Source: an uncultured Chloroflexia bacterium (GTDB taxonomy: Bacteria; Chloroflexota; Limnocylindria; Limnocylindrales; CSP1-4). Taken from it: a stretch of DNA of 64,000 nucleotides. Below are positions 27,407-35,890 of the stretch, piece by piece. Position numbers and translations under genes: made by a program. The notes beneath the pieces are model-generated. The model worked only from the letters and a program-made list of their open reading frames with translations, made no database searches and was not told the origin of the DNA. Numbering within the stretch: the first letter of the stretch is position 1; each line of letters starts with the position of its first letter. The DNA lies in NCBI GenBank assembly GCA_963746845.1, contig CAVVCZ010000001.1:160001-224000 (forward strand), given 5' to 3'.

Positions 27407-27874
27407 GTGGCCGACGAGAAGACGATGGCCCTCAATCGGCGGGCCCGTCACGACTTCAACATCGACGAGACGTTCGAGGCCGGGATCGTCCTGACCGGGA
27501 CGGAGATCAAGTCCATCCGCGCCGGGAAGGTCAACCTGTCGGACGCGTATGCCCGGATCGAGCGCGACGAGGCCTGGCTGGTCGGCGCCCACATCGCCCC
27601 GTTCGAGCAGGCGAACCGCTACAACCACGATCCGAAGCGGGTCCGGAAGCTGCTCCTGCACCGCTCGGAGATCGACGAGCTGCTCGGACGGACGAAGGCG
27701 AAGGGCCAGACGATCGTGCCGCTCCGGCTGTACCTGACCTCGAAGGGGCGCGCCAAGCTGGAGCTGGGTCTCGCGCGAGGCAAACAGCTGCACGACCGTC
27801 GTCGGGACATCGCCGATCGCGACGCGAAGCGCGACATCGCGCGCGAGCTGGCCGACGCGCAACGCGGACGGTAG
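27407..27874 (+). CDS. smpB: SsrA-binding protein
   Basis: NRRARHDF, EAGIVLTGTEIKS, RKLLLHR, GKQLHDRR; GTG 27407 after AAGGA. Confidence 0.96.
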   Translation: MADEKTMALNRRARHDFNIDETFEAGIVLTGTEIKSIRAGKVNLSDAYARIERDEAWLVGAHIAPFEQANRYNHDPKRVRKLLLHRSEIDELLGRTKAKGQTIVPLRLYLTSKGRAKLELGLARGKQLHDRRRDIADRDAKRDIARELADAQRGR

Positions 27875-27893
27875 CCGTCGTCCCCCGTTAGGC

Positions 27894-27909
27894 TGCTTCA
27901 CGTGAAACT
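27894..27909. promoter_or_regulatory. parS: Second, degenerate parS site
   Basis: TGCTTCACGTGAAACT, 2 mismatches to TGTTTCACGTGAAACA. Confidence 0.6.
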
Positions 27910-28990
27910 GTCCGGCGCGACCGTCGCCACCCCGCTGCGCCTCGGACCGACGATCCGGGCGGTCGACCTCCACGCCGGCGGCGAGCCCGGCCGGGTCATC
28001 GTCGATGGCGTCGCCGACGTGCCCGGCGCGACGATGTTCGACAAGATGACCTGGCTTGCCGCGAACCGCGACGACCTCCGGCTGCGGATGCTCCGGGAGC
28101 CGCGCGGCTTCCCTGCGGCGAACTGCAACCTCGTCCTGCCGTCGTCGAACCCGGAGGCGGCCGCCGGGTACGTCATCATGGAGCAGGTCGAATACCCGGG
28201 GATGAGCGGGACGAACACGATGTGCGTCGCCACCGCCCTCCTGGAGCTCGGGCTGGTGCCGATGACCGAGCCGGTCACGGAGCTGACGCTCGAGGCGCCG
28301 GCGGGGCTGATCCGGATCCACGCCGGGTGCCGGGATGGCAAGGTCACCGGGGTGACGTTCCGGAACGTGCCGGCCTTCGCGACCCACCTCGACGCGGTCG
28401 TGGAGGTCCCTCATCTCGGGACGGTCACGGTCGACGTCGCCTACGGCGGCATGTTCTACGTCATCGCTTCCGCCGAGGCGTTCGGGCTCCGGCTCACGCC
28501 CGACGAGGGAGCGGACATCGCCCGGATCACCGAGATGATCAAGGCAGCCGCCGCCGATCAGCTGCCGGTGGTCCACCCGGAGCAGCCGGCGTTCGCGGGG
28601 ATCACGATCGGCCAGCTGTCCGGGCCGGCCCACGATCCGGCGAACGCGATGCGGAACGTCGTGACGGTCTCGAGCGGGATGCTCGACTGGGACCGCCCGG
28701 GGACGTGGACGGGCGCGATCGATCGGTCGCCGTGCGGGACGGGAACGTCCGCCAGGATGGCGACTCTCCACGCGCGCGGTCGGCTGGCGATCGGCGAGGA
28801 CTTCCGCCACGAGGGGATCCTTGGGACGGTGTTCACGGGCCGGCTCCTCGAGGAGACGATGGTCGGGGGACGGGGCGCGGTCGTCCCGCAGATCACCGGC
28901 CAGGCGTGGATCACGGGGATCGCCGACTACGTTCTCGACCCGACCGACCCGTTCCCGGACGGCTTCACGATCGGCGACATCTGGGCCTGA
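27902..28990 (+). CDS. Proline racemase / hydroxyproline epimerase superfamily protein (Ser/Cys catalytic pair)
   Basis: HAGGEPGR, EPRG, MSGTNT, DVAYGG, DRSPCGTG. Confidence 0.9.
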   Translation: MKLSGATVATPLRLGPTIRAVDLHAGGEPGRVIVDGVADVPGATMFDKMTWLAANRDDLRLRMLREPRGFPAANCNLVLPSSNPEAAAGYVIMEQVEYPGMSGTNTMCVATALLELGLVPMTEPVTELTLEAPAGLIRIHAGCRDGKVTGVTFRNVPAFATHLDAVVEVPHLGTVTVDVAYGGMFYVIASAEAFGLRLTPDEGADIARITEMIKAAAADQLPVVHPEQPAFAGITIGQLSGPAHDPANAMRNVVTVSSGMLDWDRPGTWTGAIDRSPCGTGTSARMATLHARGRLAIGEDFRHEGILGTVFTGRLLEETMVGGRGAVVPQITGQAWITGIADYVLDPTDPFPDGFTIGDIWA

Positions 28991-28997
28991 CCGCGCC

Positions 28998-30686
28998 TCA
29001 GCGCAGGAAGTAGCGCCGGCTCAGCGGGACCTCGTCGACCGGCTCGATCGCCATCGGGCGTCCATCGAGCGTGACCGCCCCGTCGGTCGGGTCGACCTCG
29101 ACCGGCGCGGCGGCGCGGTTCAGCCACAGGTCGTCCCGGGTCAGCCCGCGGGTCGCGCCGATCGGCAGCACATCGCGCCCGGCCACGGACCGGGCGCGGA
29201 GACCCGAGACCGCCGAGGGTGCCCCGAACGTGACACCGAGCCGGGCGGCGGCGGCAGCTGACCCGCCCCACTCCGGGCGGTAGCGCGTGGGCTCGGCGCG
29301 CTCGACCGTCGCGTTGCCCTCGCCGAGCGGCGCCCACGCCGGATACCCGCTCTTGAGCACGAGCTCCGGCTTGGCACCGAACCATGCGGGCTTCCAGAGG
29401 ACGATGTCGGCGAGCCGGCCCGGCCGCAGCGACCCGACGTGGTCGGCGAGCCCATGCGTGATCGCCGGCTCGATCGTGACCTTCGCGAGATAGCGCAGGA
29501 CCCGCTCGGTGTCGTCCGGGATGCCGTCGCCGCCGACGACCCGTGTCAACGTGCTACCACGCCACCGTGTCATCACGCTGGCAAGCTGAAGCGTGCGGCG
29601 GATGGTCTCGAGGATCCGGCCCATCCCCTGCGAGTCGGAGTTCACGATCTGGATCGCCCCGAGATCGTGGAGCGGCCCCTCCGCCGCCATCGATGCCGGG
29701 TGGATCCGCTCGGCGGCGAGCCGGACATCCGCCGCCACGCCCATCGACCCGCCATGGTTCAGCACGATCATCGCGACGTGCTCGGCCGCCGCGTGCCGCC
29801 CGAACGGGAGCGTCGGCGTCGTCGACGAGCAGATGATGTTCGGCTCGCGGACGAGCCCGATCAGGTCCGGGATGTGCCCGCCGCCCGAGCCCTCCACGTG
29901 GTAGGCGTGGACCGTGCGGCCCGCGATCGCCGCGACCGTGTCCTCGAGCTCCGCGGATTCGTGCAGCCCGTCGGTGTGGAGCGACACGGCGACACCCGCC
30001 GCGGCCGCGAACGACAGCGTCGCGTCGATGATCTCCGGCGTCGCACCGTAGTCCTCGTGGATCTTGAACCCGACGGCGCCCGCCTCGACCAGGGCCGCGA
30101 GATCCGCGGGATGGGTCGACCGCGCGCATGCCTGCAGCCCGACGTTCAGCGGCCAGCCGGCGATCGAGGCGAGCATCCGCTCCATCGCCCACGGCGGCTC
30201 CTCGAACCCCGCGGTGACGAGGGTGGTGACCCCGCCCGACAGGGCCGCCGGCATCAGCTCCGGGCTGATCAGGTGGACGTGGCTGTCGATCGCGCCGGGG
30301 GTGGCGATCAGCCCGTAGGCCATGATCGGGGCGGTGTGCGGCCCGATCTCGAGCTCGATCCCGTCGCTGATCGCCGGGTTCCCGGCCCGCCCGACCCCGA
30401 CGACCCGCCCGTCCTTGATCCCGATGTCCGCCTTGACGATCCCGATCGTCGGATCGATGACCAGCGCGCCGGCGACCACGGCGTCGAGCTCCGACGGCGA
30501 TGCCCGGCCGGTCTGGGTCATCCGGGGTCGGAGCGTCTTGGCATAGCCCCAGATCGGCTCGTCGCCCGGCGCCTGGCGGTCCTCGCCGACCGTGACCCAC
30601 AGGTCGGTGTCACCGAGGCGGACCCGATCACCGGCGGTCGGGCCGTACCGGGCGAGGCGATCTTCCGGCGAGAGCACGCGGCTCAT
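28998..30686 (-). CDS. ureC: Urease alpha-subunit-like amidohydrolase (divergent)
   Basis: YGPTAGDRVRLGDT, IDSHVH, GFKIHEDYG, LHTD, HVEGSGGGH, SDSQGMGR, PLSRRYFL; ATG 30686 overlaps the upstream stop. Confidence 0.85.
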   Translation of the reverse strand: MSRVLSPEDRLARYGPTAGDRVRLGDTDLWVTVGEDRQAPGDEPIWGYAKTLRPRMTQTGRASPSELDAVVAGALVIDPTIGIVKADIGIKDGRVVGVGRAGNPAISDGIELEIGPHTAPIMAYGLIATPGAIDSHVHLISPELMPAALSGGVTTLVTAGFEEPPWAMERMLASIAGWPLNVGLQACARSTHPADLAALVEAGAVGFKIHEDYGATPEIIDATLSFAAAAGVAVSLHTDGLHESAELEDTVAAIAGRTVHAYHVEGSGGGHIPDLIGLVREPNIICSSTTPTLPFGRHAAAEHVAMIVLNHGGSMGVAADVRLAAERIHPASMAAEGPLHDLGAIQIVNSDSQGMGRILETIRRTLQLASVMTRWRGSTLTRVVGGDGIPDDTERVLRYLAKVTIEPAITHGLADHVGSLRPGRLADIVLWKPAWFGAKPELVLKSGYPAWAPLGEGNATVERAEPTRYRPEWGGSAAAAARLGVTFGAPSAVSGLRARSVAGRDVLPIGATRGLTRDDLWLNRAAAPVEVDPTDGAVTLDGRPMAIEPVDEVPLSRRYFLR

Positions 30687-31291
30687 TCCCCGTCTCCAGG
30701 CGCGCGGTCGCCGGCGAACCGCACGATCTCGACCGTCTTCTCCTCGCCCGGCGCCCACCGCTCGGCGTCGCCGGCCGGCAGGTCGAGCCGGAACCCGGCC
30801 GCGGCCACGCGGTCGAAGACCAGCCGCTGGTTCACCCGGTCGAACGGCATGTGCGACGACACCCGGACGACCCGGCGCGACGTGTTGCGCACGGCGAGAG
30901 ACCGGCGCTCGGCCGCGGCGGCGGCAGGCGCCAACGGACCCGGGCCGGCGACGATCGCGCCCGGTCCATCAACCGGCATCGGTCGACCGGCGCCGAGCGG
31001 ATCCACGAGGACCACGAGCCGCGTCCCGTCGCCGACGAGCACCTCCAGGCGGACCTCGTCGACGAGCTCGCGGACGCCGTCGAGCACCTCGTCCGGCCCG
31101 ACCGCCCCGAGTCCGGCGGCCTCGACCGCGTCGAGCCCGGCTCCATCCCGCGCCGCCTCGAGCATCGCGTCGCAGATGATCGCGATCGTCTCGGGCGCGT
31201 TCAGCGGCAGGCCGCGAGCGCGTCGTCGACGGGCGAGCTCGGCGGCCGAGAACAGGAGCAGCCGCTCCTCCTCCCAGGCGGTCAGGCGCAT
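30683..31291 (-). CDS. ureAB: Fused urease gamma/beta subunit-like protein
   Basis: MRLTAWEEERLL..AAELARRR.ARG..LN.PE...DGTRLV (gamma), then VRNT...SH...GFRLDLPAG..RWAPGE (beta). Confidence 0.88.
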   Translation of the reverse strand: MRLTAWEEERLLLFSAAELARRRRARGLPLNAPETIAIICDAMLEAARDGAGLDAVEAAGLGAVGPDEVLDGVRELVDEVRLEVLVGDGTRLVVLVDPLGAGRPMPVDGPGAIVAGPGPLAPAAAAAERRSLAVRNTSRRVVRVSSHMPFDRVNQRLVFDRVAAAGFRLDLPAGDAERWAPGEEKTVEIVRFAGDRAPGDGE

Positions 31292-31344
31292 GCCCGGATC
31301 GTAGACGGTTGCGTGCCGCGGGCAGGGCCTCGCGGAGGAGCCCG

Positions 31345-32604
31345 TCAGTTCGTCGCGACGCGGACCTGGTGACCCGCCGGCGACGCGCTTGCCGGGGCCG
31401 CCGGCGCCGGTGCGACGGCCGGTCGACGTCCGGCCTGGACGAACATCGCAACCCCGATCGCCGAGGTCGCCGCGCAGGCGAGCAGCCCGACGGTGACGTC
31501 GATCAGGCCGATCTCGAGCAGCGCGCTCATCAGGAAGGCGGCCACGATCCCACGGGCGCCGGTGAGCGCGTTCCAGCCGGCCATCGCCGCCGCGCGGGAG
31601 GCGAGCGGCGTCTGATCGCTCACCGCCGCGGCGATCCCGACATCGATCGACGCGCTGCCGATGCCCCCGGCGATCGCCGCGAACCAGAGCACGACGACGC
31701 TCGGGGCGAACGCGTAGGCGACGAGGGACAGCAGGCCGATCGCGCTCCCGAGACGCAGCGACGCAAGCGCGCCGAACCGGTCGGCGACGAGGCCCCAGAG
31801 CGGGAACGCGACGGTGGTCGCGATGGCGGCGAGGATGCCGATCACGCCCACGTCCGACAGGCTCAGGTTCAGCCGGTCGACATGGACGAGCGCGAACAAT
31901 GGCGCGGCAGCGATCAGACCGCCGCCGTAGAACCCCTGGGCGAGGGCGATCCGGGCGAGGAGCGGGCGCTCGCGCAGTGCGCGGATCGACTCCCGGGCGG
32001 AGAACCGCTTCGGCTGGTCGGCGGCGGCTGCCCGAAGGCCGACGTACCCGACGGCGCAGATGACCCCGACGATGCCTGCCACGGCCACGGCCTGCTCGCC
32101 GCCGATCCGGTCGGCCAGGACACCGCCACCGAACGCAGCCAGCGCGCCGGCCGCGGCGCGGCCCATCCCGAGGACCCCGACCACGCGGCCGCGGGAACGG
32201 GCCGGATACATCGCGCCCCACAGACGGAGATGGAACGGGCCTCCGAACGAGAGGCTCAGCCAGAAGACGATCGCGACCGCGACGACGACCGGGGCCGGCG
32301 GAACGACGAAGAGGACGAGGAGCGAGCTTGCACCGAGTCCGCGGAGCAGGGCCAGCTTCGTGGTCGTCCGGGGGCCGAGGCGGCCGGCGAAGGCGCCGAG
32401 GAGGTTGGCCACGAACGGCGCGGCGGCCAGTGCGGACAGCCCGATCGGGCCGAGGCCGCCGCGTCGCGCGACCGTCGGCAGGATCGAGCTGATCAGGGCC
32501 ATCGTCACGCCCATGCCGACGGCCACGACGAGGTCCAGGGCGAGATTCCGCCCGAGGGTCCGCCGGGACGCGGTCGAGAGCAGTGATGGCCGGAGCACGA
32601 ACAC
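31345..32604 (-). CDS. MFS transporter
   Basis: About 12 hydrophobic helices, GxLADRxG motifs; start GTG 32604 or 32598. Confidence 0.88.
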   Translation of the reverse strand: MFVLRPSLLSTASRRTLGRNLALDLVVAVGMGVTMALISSILPTVARRGGLGPIGLSALAAAPFVANLLGAFAGRLGPRTTTKLALLRGLGASSLLVLFVVPPAPVVVAVAIVFWLSLSFGGPFHLRLWGAMYPARSRGRVVGVLGMGRAAAGALAAFGGGVLADRIGGEQAVAVAGIVGVICAVGYVGLRAAAADQPKRFSARESIRALRERPLLARIALAQGFYGGGLIAAAPLFALVHVDRLNLSLSDVGVIGILAAIATTVAFPLWGLVADRFGALASLRLGSAIGLLSLVAYAFAPSVVVLWFAAIAGGIGSASIDVGIAAAVSDQTPLASRAAAMAGWNALTGARGIVAAFLMSALLEIGLIDVTVGLLACAATSAIGVAMFVQAGRRPAVAPAPAAPASASPAGHQVRVATN

Positions 32605-32624
32605 CTCGGGTGCAGCAAGCGACG

Positions 32625-32740
32625 CCCGCTTGGCCTGCGAGGTGAGCTGTCGGGCTCGGCGTGGGTATCGCCGCCGCGAGGTTCGCGGTTCGCCCCAAGG
32701 GATGGGTCCCCCGTCCCCTTCAAGGGAGGTTCGGCCAGGG
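32625..32740 (-). ncRNA. c-di-AMP (ydaO/yuaA) riboswitch
   Basis: Minus strand GCCGAA...GGGGGACCCA..TTGGGGCGAA...CCGAGCCCGACAGCTCACCTCGCAGGC matches the ydaO consensus blocks in order; extended -10 TGcTAGACT at 32751-32743. Confidence 0.88.
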
Positions 32741-32785
32741 CAAGTCTAGCAGTCAGGTCGCGACCGAACCGATGGCCCGATCGTC

Positions 32786-33235
32786 CTATGCGCGGGCGCA
32801 GTCCGCGCAGACGCCGGTCACGGTCACGTGCGACGGGTCGACCACGAATGACCGCTGCGCGCCGAACAGGGCGGCGATCGCGGCCGCCTCAGCCGGCTCG
32901 ATCTGCCACGAGCCGCCGCACGACCGGCAGTGAAGATGACCGTGCTCCTCGATCGGGAGGACGTGGAACTCCTCCCGGCCGTCGACGCCGTGGTGGTGGC
33001 TGAGATAGCCGAGGTCCTCGAGGACGTCGAGGGTCCGATACACGGTCGATGGCGTCGTCGCCGGGTCGATCGCCCGGCAACGCTCGACGAGCTCCGCACC
33101 GGTGACGTGCCCGGAGGTCCGCGACAGGACCTCGACGAGGGTCCGCCGCTGCGGCGTCCAGCGCAGTCCCTGGGCACGGAGCAGATCCCGGACCTGTTCC
33201 CAGCCGTCAGGTCCCGGTCGTCCGGACGTGCCGAT
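32786..33235 (-). CDS. Fur family regulator, Nur-like; no canonical start codon
   Basis: Manual extension gives WEQVRDLLRAQGLRWTPQRR...STVYRTLDVLEDLG.LSHHH...HGHLHCRSC...H....G.CADC; start position uncertain. Confidence 0.8.
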   Translation of the reverse strand: MGTSGRPGPDGWEQVRDLLRAQGLRWTPQRRTLVEVLSRTSGHVTGAELVERCRAIDPATTPSTVYRTLDVLEDLGYLSHHHGVDGREEFHVLPIEEHGHLHCRSCGGSWQIEPAEAAAIAALFGAQRSFVVDPSHVTVTGVCADCARA

Positions 33236-33246
33236 CGGAGTCGACC

Positions 33247-34191
33247 CTAGAACGGGAGGACGGAATCCAGGCTCGGCAGCACTCCGTCGAGCCCGAACAC
33301 GAAGACCGCCCCGACCACGAGGCTGAAGATGCCGGCCACGGCGCCGATCGCGACGTACACGCGCTCACGCGTCTGGCTCGCGACGAACCCGACCGAGCTC
33401 AGGAGGACGATGGCGAAATTCGACATCAGCAGGCCGATGACGAAGGCGAACAGCATGGGAACCCCGAGGCCGGCGCTCGCTGCGCCTCCGACCGCCGCGA
33501 TCAGCAGGACCTGCGTGCCCGTCTCCGCTCCGATCCCGTGGATCATGCCGACGCCGAAGGCCGTCCGCGTGCCGTAGGAGCTCATCTCGAGCGGCTCGAC
33601 GTGTTCGTGGCCGTGCAGCCGGGCCTGCAGCCGTCGCCAGGCGTACCGGACGCCGTCGAAGACGAGCATCCATCGGCTCCGGATCCGGAATGTCTCGCCG
33701 GCGCGCGCGTACCGATACACGGAGTAGAGGACCCAGGCACCGAGCGCCATCAACGTGACGCCGACGACCCGGCCCATGATCGGGTCGACCCAATCGGGCA
33801 GGAGCGCCCCGAACGCCAGTGCGGCCAGCCCGAGGGCGATGACGACGGCGCCGTGACCCAGGGCATACAGCGTCCCGAGACGAACCGCCTCGACCTGCTG
33901 CGACGAGAGCAGGGGTTGCCGGAGGCCGGGTGCCAACCGCTGTGGAGCGAGGGTCGCGGCGCCCGGTCCCACGTCGTGCGCGCGCACTTCGTTGGTCCCG
34001 CCGTGGGCGTGGTGGTCGCCCGCGATCAGACGGTGCTGCTGCTGGTGGGCGGCCTCGGCGGCTCCGGCCGCGGCAGCCGTGCTGGTGATGTCCGTGATCG
34101 CCGCGATGTGATCCCAGTCGATCCCGTGCCGGATCCCGAGGATCAGCCCGGTGAAGAGGACGGCGACGGCAGCTGGATCGAGATCGGACAA
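33247..34191 (-). CDS. NiCoT/HoxN/UreH-like nickel/cobalt transporter
   Basis: LGIRHGIDWDHIAAI signature, LGHG, GMIHGIGAETGTQ, His-rich loops. Confidence 0.85.
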   Translation of the reverse strand: MSDLDPAAVAVLFTGLILGIRHGIDWDHIAAITDITSTAAAAGAAEAAHQQQHRLIAGDHHAHGGTNEVRAHDVGPGAATLAPQRLAPGLRQPLLSSQQVEAVRLGTLYALGHGAVVIALGLAALAFGALLPDWVDPIMGRVVGVTLMALGAWVLYSVYRYARAGETFRIRSRWMLVFDGVRYAWRRLQARLHGHEHVEPLEMSSYGTRTAFGVGMIHGIGAETGTQVLLIAAVGGAASAGLGVPMLFAFVIGLLMSNFAIVLLSSVGFVASQTRERVYVAIGAVAGIFSLVVGAVFVFGLDGVLPSLDSVLPF

Positions 34192-34396
34192 TGGAGACGG
34201 CCCCCTGGTTCGCGGTCGGCGCGCCCGAACAGGCTACCCGGCCCGGCGTCTTGTTGCAAGATGTCGCACTAGCGATCGGATGCGACGGTTCAGCGGTGGG
34301 TACGCCGCGAACGATGTCGCGGATCAACGGTCGCCGGGCGAGCGCTGGGTTCGCTCGCATCCCGGTTCGAACGTCAAGGTGAGACGGAGGGAGATC

Positions 34397-34822
34397 ATGG
34401 CGACGAAGCAGGACTTCACCGAGGAGGAGTGGCGGGCGCTCGAGAAGGGTGTGACGGGCAGTGCCATGCTCGTGTCGCTCAGCGATCGGGACTTCACCGA
34501 CACGTTCGGCGAGGTGGGCGCCATGGCGAAGTACCTGTCAGGCCAACAGGTCGCGGCGTCGAGCGAGCTCGTCCGCGAGCTGGCGAAGACGCACACGTCG
34601 GGGTTCGGCCTGACGTCGTCGCCGGATCGGGTGCGCGCCGAGACGATGGACGCGCTGCAGTCCGCCGTCAGCACGCTCGAGGCAAAGGCCCCGACGGAGG
34701 TCGAGCCCTACCGGAGGCTCGTTCTCGACCTGACCGGTGTGGTCGCGTCCGCGAAGGGCGGCGAGACACCCGTCGAGACGGCGATGATCGCCGAGATCCG
34801 CGGGGCCCTTGGCGGCGGCTGA
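34397..34822 (+). CDS. Hypothetical protein
   Basis: SD GGAGG then ATG, MATKQDFTEEEW; codon usage typical of the window. Confidence 0.75.
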   Translation: MATKQDFTEEEWRALEKGVTGSAMLVSLSDRDFTDTFGEVGAMAKYLSGQQVAASSELVRELAKTHTSGFGLTSSPDRVRAETMDALQSAVSTLEAKAPTEVEPYRRLVLDLTGVVASAKGGETPVETAMIAEIRGALGGG

Positions 34823-34936
34823 GGTCCGGGCATGATCGCCGGCCGCGAACGGGCCGGCTCGCGCCGATCCTCGAGGACTGGAGGAGACGGGCCCGACCCG
34901 CTACAATCCGCCACTCGAACGGAAGTTCGGCTCTGT

Positions 34937-35313
34937 GGGGATGTGTGGATTCGACAGGGCCTGGCTACCGGGGAGCGCGAGCCGAGGATGCTGCTCAGGC
35001 CTCGTTAATCAGGCAGCAAAACGAAGTACCTGGCAACCGCCAGTCGACTCTCGCCCTCGCTGCGTAAGCAGCTAGTGTGAGCGTGGAAGCCACCTCGGTC
35101 CCGCGGGTGGTGGAAGCGTCATGCAGCGGGGCTGCGATCCGGGCAAGCGTCGCGTAGCTCGGAGTCAAGCCCGATCTAGGGGCACGTGACTGGACCGGCG
35201 GTGAGCCTGCCGATGGGCGCCCCGCCGGTCGACGACAAAGCATCGGACACGCTCGTAGTGGTCTCCGGCGAAGGGTTCTGGACGGGGAGTTCGACTCTCC
35301 CCCATCTCCACCA
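34937..35313 (+). ncRNA. ssrA: tmRNA, tag (A)GNRQSTLALAA
   Basis: 5' GGGGATG..GGATTCGAC, 3' TTCGACT..CATCTCCACCA with G3-U pair; tag ORF 35032-35067; TACAAT at 34902. Confidence 0.96.
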
Positions 35314-35331
35314 CGAATCTCGTGGCACCCG

Positions 35332-35787
35332 TCAGGTAGCGTCGCCGCCCCGGCCGCGCATGGCCGTCACGAGGAGCACCGTTCCGAGCGCGACGAGCAC
35401 CAGCGGCCACATCGCGTCCCACTCGATCCTGAGCCACACGCTGGCGATCCCAGCCACGCCGACGACGATCAGCAGCGCGCCGAGCACGAGGCCGAGCGAC
35501 GAGACGCCCGTCGATGGCGCGCCCTCGACGACGGACGCGCCGGTCCCCTCGGGGAGCACGACCGCCGCGACGAGGTACACGATGATCGCCGGGAAGATGC
35601 CGGTGAACAGGCCGATCAGGAGCGCCAGCAGGCGGACGGCCCGCGGGTCCGAGCCGTAGTACTCGGCGATCCCGCCGCAGATGCCGGCGAGCACACGGTT
35701 CGACCTCGAGCGGTACAGACGCCGAACGGGTTGTTGCTGGGCGTAGCCGCCGTCGGTCGGCGGGTTCGCCGTCGGTTGCGCAGTCAT
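35332..35787 (-). CDS. PspC domain membrane protein
   Basis: RLYRSRSNRVLAGICGGIAEY motif. Confidence 0.9.
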   Translation of the reverse strand: MTAQPTANPPTDGGYAQQQPVRRLYRSRSNRVLAGICGGIAEYYGSDPRAVRLLALLIGLFTGIFPAIIVYLVAAVVLPEGTGASVVEGAPSTGVSSLGLVLGALLIVVGVAGIASVWLRIEWDAMWPLVLVALGTVLLVTAMRGRGGDAT

Positions 35788-35890
35788 GGAAGCGCCTCCT
35801 TGTCCACGACGATCGTCGGTCGGGCGCTCGGGCGGTCCAACGGCCGACCGGCCCGTCCGAGGGGGCCCTCTGTCCCGAACCGGCGCCCGG

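Noticed and set aside
34192-34260. GAACAGGC resembling a NiCo riboswitch near the Ni transporter
   Set aside because: It is on the wrong strand for the transporter mRNA and the other conserved elements are missing
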